DNA of 40,008 nucleotides from Acholeplasmatales bacterium DTU056 (lineage in GTDB: Bacteria; Bacillota_I; Bacilli_A; ML615J-28; CAG-698), in assembly GCA_001512985.1 (NCBI GenBank), contig LFRX01000031.1:13888-53895 (forward strand). The letters are read 5' to 3'. Below are positions 36,516-40,008 of the stretch, one piece after another. Numbering within the stretch: position 1 is the first letter of the stretch; each line of letters opens with the position of its first letter. The translations under genes and the position numbers were made by a program. The notes below the pieces were generated by a model, which did not search any database, had not been told where the DNA came from, and saw nothing but the letters and a program-made list of their open reading frames with translations.

Positions 36516-39500
36516 TTACCATGTATATTGACCTGGAACTAGTGCGTTCAATGTAATTGATTGTGAGAAATTACCTTTTTTTATCGTAATAGTATATTGA
36601 ACGTTAGTTGTTTTGGCCGGCGGATTAATAACACGACCATTATTATCAATAATAGTTGGACTATGACTTACAAATTCGATTGTATAGTCATTATAATCTT
36701 TGCGAATTATATATGCTAATTCTACAAGTGATAAGAATTCTTCTTGTAGATTTGCGCGAATCATTGTTTGTGGACACATTTTATTACTAAAGTGACGATG
36801 GAAACCAACTTGACTCATAGTTAAATTATTTCTTACCATGATATCAGCAACCAATTTTGCGGTTCTTAACCAAGTATAGTAGACATCAGAACCATTATTA
36901 ACAGCGGTTTCAATACCTACTGCGTTATAGTTTCCACCTCTATTAACAACCACACCATTATTTGACCACAATGGACCAACATAATAGTTACCGTTGTTTC
37001 CGATGAATACTAATAATCCACCTTCATCATTAATTCTTGTTCCACCACTTGGAACTTGAATATTAGATTTTATTCCATTAAAGTATAGATATCCACCACT
37101 AATCGATACTTTTGGACGAAGTACAGTGGCTTTAACACCAGTATCATATTTGTCAAATTTTATATATGTTCCTCCGTCACCGGCATGCCATGCAACTTGG
37201 TCTTCATCCATATGCTTGAAGATTCCATCGTTTCCAACTGTGTAATGCCATGATACGCCTGCTTGCTCGCCTGAACTACTTAACATATAGTTACCGTTAG
37301 CTCTTGCGGTTGATCCTGCACCAGAGTTTCCTGTATCATGAACTGTAATATATTCAATAGAATCTTTTTTACGATTTGGATGGTTTTCCTTTGATGTTGG
37401 AAGTAATAATTCTTCAATTTCTAAAGGTTCAGGTAAGAAACGGTTTACAGAGTTATAAATGCGATTGTAGTACACTTCTGAACCATAATAACCTATTACT
37501 CGAGTAAATAAACGACCACGGTTATTTATTGCAAGTAATTTTAGTAATGGGTCAATTTCGCTATCATTATAAACTGTTAATCCAATTGTTGTTTCAAGAT
37601 TACTTTGTGTACCTCTTAAAGTGATTGATGCATTTCCAGGAGCAACAGCTGTTACTCGCCCGTTTTGGTCAACAGTTAATATAGTTTCATTTGATGATGA
37701 CCAAATAATAGTATCATTACCAGGTACATTAAGTAATGTATAACTAATATCCAATTTTTCTCCAACCGCTAGTACACCGCTACCTTCATAAGAAACTTCA
37801 ATTGATGCTGGACGAATAACTGTAATTTCTAATGTAACAACTACAGTTGGACGGATTGTACTGTTAAGCGTAATAATAACAGTACCTTCTTTTAAGGCTG
37901 TGATTAATCCTTCTGGTGAAACAATTGCAATTGTTGTATCACTAGAACTATATGATACACGTTGGTCGACACCATCCGGTAAAACAATCACATTTAATTG
38001 ATATGTATCATAGATGTTTAGTTTATCAACTGGGTTTTTAATTTGGATTGCCGTAGGAGTTTTATTTTTTTGCTCATTAACATAATTTTCAAAACTACTT
38101 CGGCTTTGATAATGATCTTTATTACTTGCGACGTTTACAAATTTAGCTTGATATGAAGTTAAATCAGTAATTGGATTACCATTATTATCTTCGAAATAGT
38201 TTTTGTCAAAGTTTGCTAATGGTGGGTTAGTTGTTGTATTATCTGTTCCACTAACATTTGTGAAATAGAATTTTTGAGGAATTCCGAAGAATCCATTATG
38301 GTTAATATCAGCAATCCATTTATATTGTGTATGATTTTCAGCAGTCGCATTATTTCTTAATGACAGATAATTAATACAATTTTCGAAATAGTTATATTTA
38401 ATATCAATTTTGGCACCTTTTTCATTATAGTTACGAGCAGAGATAGCACCAGAAAATTCCTGATCTTGACCAATATTTTTGAATGTATTGTAATAAATTT
38501 CAATTGTATGACGCGATAGATATACTCCATCTCCACCGTAAATTCTTAGATATATTCCATTATAACCTTGGCGAATATCATTTTCAAAAATATTGTATTG
38601 AACTGTGAATTTTCCACCGTTATATCCACCGTCTAAACGGATAGCATCACGATTGAAATTTTTAAATTGGTTGTATGCTATTAAAACATTTTCAACTCGA
38701 GCTATACTTACGTTATATTCAGAAACATTAATAAAGTAGTTATTAGATATTTCGATATCTTTACTAATATTAGAAATATTAGTATCTTCATTATATAATG
38801 ATAAGAATGCTGGGACATTTTCTCTTGATAATGCCCAAGTACTTGTTGCTTCATCAGTATCGATAACTTTATTTTCAATAAATTTAAATGTTTCAATTTT
38901 GCCTGTTGATTTAATTTTTGCACTTCCTGTAAAGTATAATCCTCTAATTGTAATACCTTTTAGATTGTTAGCAAGTGTAATAGTACCTTTCATTACTGCT
39001 TCTTGTTCGGTTAATTGTTCCGCTGGAATATCTAATGGAACATTTTTACCAGGCCCTGCGATTTCTATATTTGATTTAGAAATTGTAAATGATTCAGTAT
39101 ATTCACCTGGACCAACAATAATTTTTCCAGTAGTAACATTCAACGCTTGACCAAATGTCTCAAACGCTGTTCTTCCAACAATAAAGTATGTGTTACTATA
39201 TAATATGATTGAACCATATTCTTTTCCAGCAACATCTTTACCAACATATACTTTACTTGTATCTACTGGATCTTCCCATTTAGCATAAACTGTTACATTA
39301 CCTTTAGTTGTAATAGCAGTTACTTTATTACCGCTAAAGTCGCTTGTTAAATACCATCCAGCAAATTCTTTGCCTTCTTTTGTTGGAGTTGGTAATGTAA
39401 GTGGTAATTGATCTTTAGTAAACTTAGTTGGTGCATTAGTTAATGTACCACCATTTAATTCATATGTAATAGTATATTGAATTGCTTCCCATTTAGCATA

Positions 39501-40008
39501 TAAAGTGACATTTTTCGCTTCTGTAAGTTGAGTAACTGGATTACCACTAAAGTCACTTGTTAAGTACCATCCAGCAAACGTATAATCTTCTTTTGTTGGA
39601 GTTGGAAGTGTTAGCGGTAAGTCATCTTCAGTAAATGTTGTTTTTGGATTTTGAATGGTTCCGCCATTTAATTCATATGTAATAGTATATTCTTGTGGTG
39701 GAAGTTCTTCCCATTTAGCATATAATGTATAATCTTTAGCTTCTGTAAGTTGAGTTATTTTATTTTCATATGAACTTTCTAAATACCATCCTAAGAATCG
39801 ATATCCAGGTTTTGTAGGTTCATTTAAAGTAATTGGTAAATCACTAGCTTTAAACTCCTCAACTTTATCAGTTAATGTTCCGCCATCTAAGTGATAAGTA
39901 ATTTTATGTAATTTTATTACTTTAACCGTAACGGTAACTTTGACATCATATCCTTCAAGTTCTGCAACAACAGTTGCTTCCCCATCTACTAAAGCAACAA
40001 ACTTATTC
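36516..40008 (-). CDS. Large multidomain cell-wall hydrolase/surface protein; N-terminus lies beyond the right window edge. Domain order: 3 Listeria-Bacteroides (Flg_new) repeats, a right-handed beta-helix region, 2 Big_2 Ig-like domains, and a C-terminal N-acetylmuramoyl-L-alanine amidase (Amidase_2)
   Basis: The track starts at a TTG (39143), but my codon-by-codon translation of 39144..40007 in the same frame has no stop. Three ...ITYELNGG...F.GWY...LYAKWE repeats are present. PbH1-like NNYF/YNQF/YNIF/YNTF/YNYF periodicity spans about 38244..39086. Big_2-like segments lie at about 37815..38060 and 37569..37811. The amidase (about 36744..37376) has the zinc ligands H (ITVHDTG) and H...C (HRHFSNKMC). 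Confidence 0.85.
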   Translation of the reverse strand, partial: NKFVALVDGEATVVAELEGYDVKVTVTVKVIKLHKITYHLDGGTLTDKVEEFKASDLPITLNEPTKPGYRFLGWYLESSYENKITQLTEAKDYTLYAKWEELPPQEYTITYELNGGTIQNPKTTFTEDDLPLTLPTPTKEDYTFAGWYLTSDFSGNPVTQLTEAKNVTLYAKWEAIQYTITYELNGGTLTNAPTKFTKDQLPLTLPTPTKEGKEFAGWYLTSDFSGNKVTAITTKGNVTVYAKWEDPVDTSKVYVGKDVAGKEYGSIILYSNTYFIVGRTAFETFGQALNVTTGKIIVGPGEYTESFTISKSNIEIAGPGKNVPLDIPAEQLTEQEAVMKGTITLANNLKGITIRGLYFTGSAKIKSTGKIETFKFIENKVIDTDEATSTWALSRENVPAFLSLYNEDTNISNISKDIEISNNYFINVSEYNVSIARVENVLIAYNQFKNFNRDAIRLDGGYNGGKFTVQYNIFENDIRQGYNGIYLRIYGGDGVYLSRHTIEIYYNTFKNIGQDQEFSGAISARNYNEKGAKIDIKYNYFENCINYLSLRNNATAENHTQYKWIADINHNGFFGIPQKFYFTNVSGTDNTTTNPPLANFDKNYFEDNNGNPITDLTSYQAKFVNVASNKDHYQSRSSFENYVNEQKNKTPTAIQIKNPVDKLNIYDTYQLNVIVLPDGVDQRVSYSSSDTTIAIVSPEGLITALKEGTVIITLNSTIRPTVVVTLEITVIRPASIEVSYEGSGVLAVGEKLDISYTLLNVPGNDTIIWSSSNETILTVDQNGRVTAVAPGNASITLRGTQSNLETTIGLTVYNDSEIDPLLKLLAINNRGRLFTRVIGYYGSEVYYNRIYNSVNRFLPEPLEIEELLLPTSKENHPNRKKDSIEYITVHDTGNSGAGSTARANGNYMLSSSGEQAGVSWHYTVGNDGIFKHMDEDQVAWHAGDGGTYIKFDKYDTGVKATVLRPKVSISGGYLYFNGIKSNIQVPSGGTRINDEGGLLVFIGNNGNYYVGPLWSNNGVVVNRGGNYNAVGIETAVNNGSDVYYTWLRTAKLVADIMVRNNLTMSQVGFHRHFSNKMCPQTMIRANLQEEFLSLVELAYIIRKDYNDYTIEFVSHSPTIIDNNGRVINPPAKTTNVQYTITIKKGNFSQSITLNALVPGQYTW
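39273..39902 (-). repeat. Three tandem coding repeats (about 213-219 nt each) encoding Flg_new/Listeria-Bacteroides repeat domains
   Basis: The repeat units lie at 39708..39902, 39486..39689 and 39273..39476. Each ends in (L/V)YAKWE. Units 2 and 3 share long identical DNA stretches. Confidence 0.85.

Noticed and set aside
36505-36551. A plus-strand AAAGGAG followed by ATG (36521) and an 11-codon ORF.
   Set aside because: It is the reverse complement of the amidase gene's 3' end and its stop region. The ORF is tiny, and the SD-to-ATG spacing (10 nt) is marginal.
39141-39143. The TTG taken by the ORF track as the start of the amidase gene.
   Set aside because: There is no SD. The same frame is open and clearly coding (Flg_new repeats) all the way to the window edge, so the real start lies outside the window.

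Overview
This is a strongly AT-rich chromosomal segment from a Bacillota (Firmicutes)-type genome that uses the standard genetic code. Long Trp-containing genes such as PFOR, FtsH, GlpK and LysS are intact with TGA read as stop. The content is mostly housekeeping. It resembles a shuffled version of the origin-proximal Bacillus neighbourhood: yabP-yabQ sporulation genes, lysS, hslO, and tilS-hpt-ftsH followed by rqcP/yabO. Interleaved with these are glpK, a GH4 6-phospho-glycosidase plus BadF-type sugar kinase pair, maf, a murF-ddl cell-wall pair, apbE-sufCDSUB, a NUDIX hydrolase, pyruvate:ferredoxin oxidoreductase, a B12-binding radical SAM (DUF4080-like) gene and murE. A very large multidomain cell-wall amidase/surface protein runs off the right edge. 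Most genes between 9 and 32 kb lie on the minus strand. Several sigma-A-like promoters (TTGxxx-17-TATAAT or TGnTATAAT) and clean rho-independent terminators delimit the operons. I found no rRNA, tRNA, CRISPR array, transposase, integrase or phage genes. I do not see a convincing self-contained novel system. The most unusual items are listed here. (1) A MurF ligase whose soluble N-terminal domain is replaced by a polytopic membrane domain. (2) An ABC-ATPase homologue with every catalytic motif degenerate, paired with a 6-TM protein just upstream of the murF-ddl genes. (3) A long hairpin that sequesters the murE Shine-Dalgarno. (4) The giant amidase, which carries an insertion inside its catalytic domain. 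(5) A probably decayed membrane-protein gene. All family assignments come from motif recognition by eye, not from database searches.
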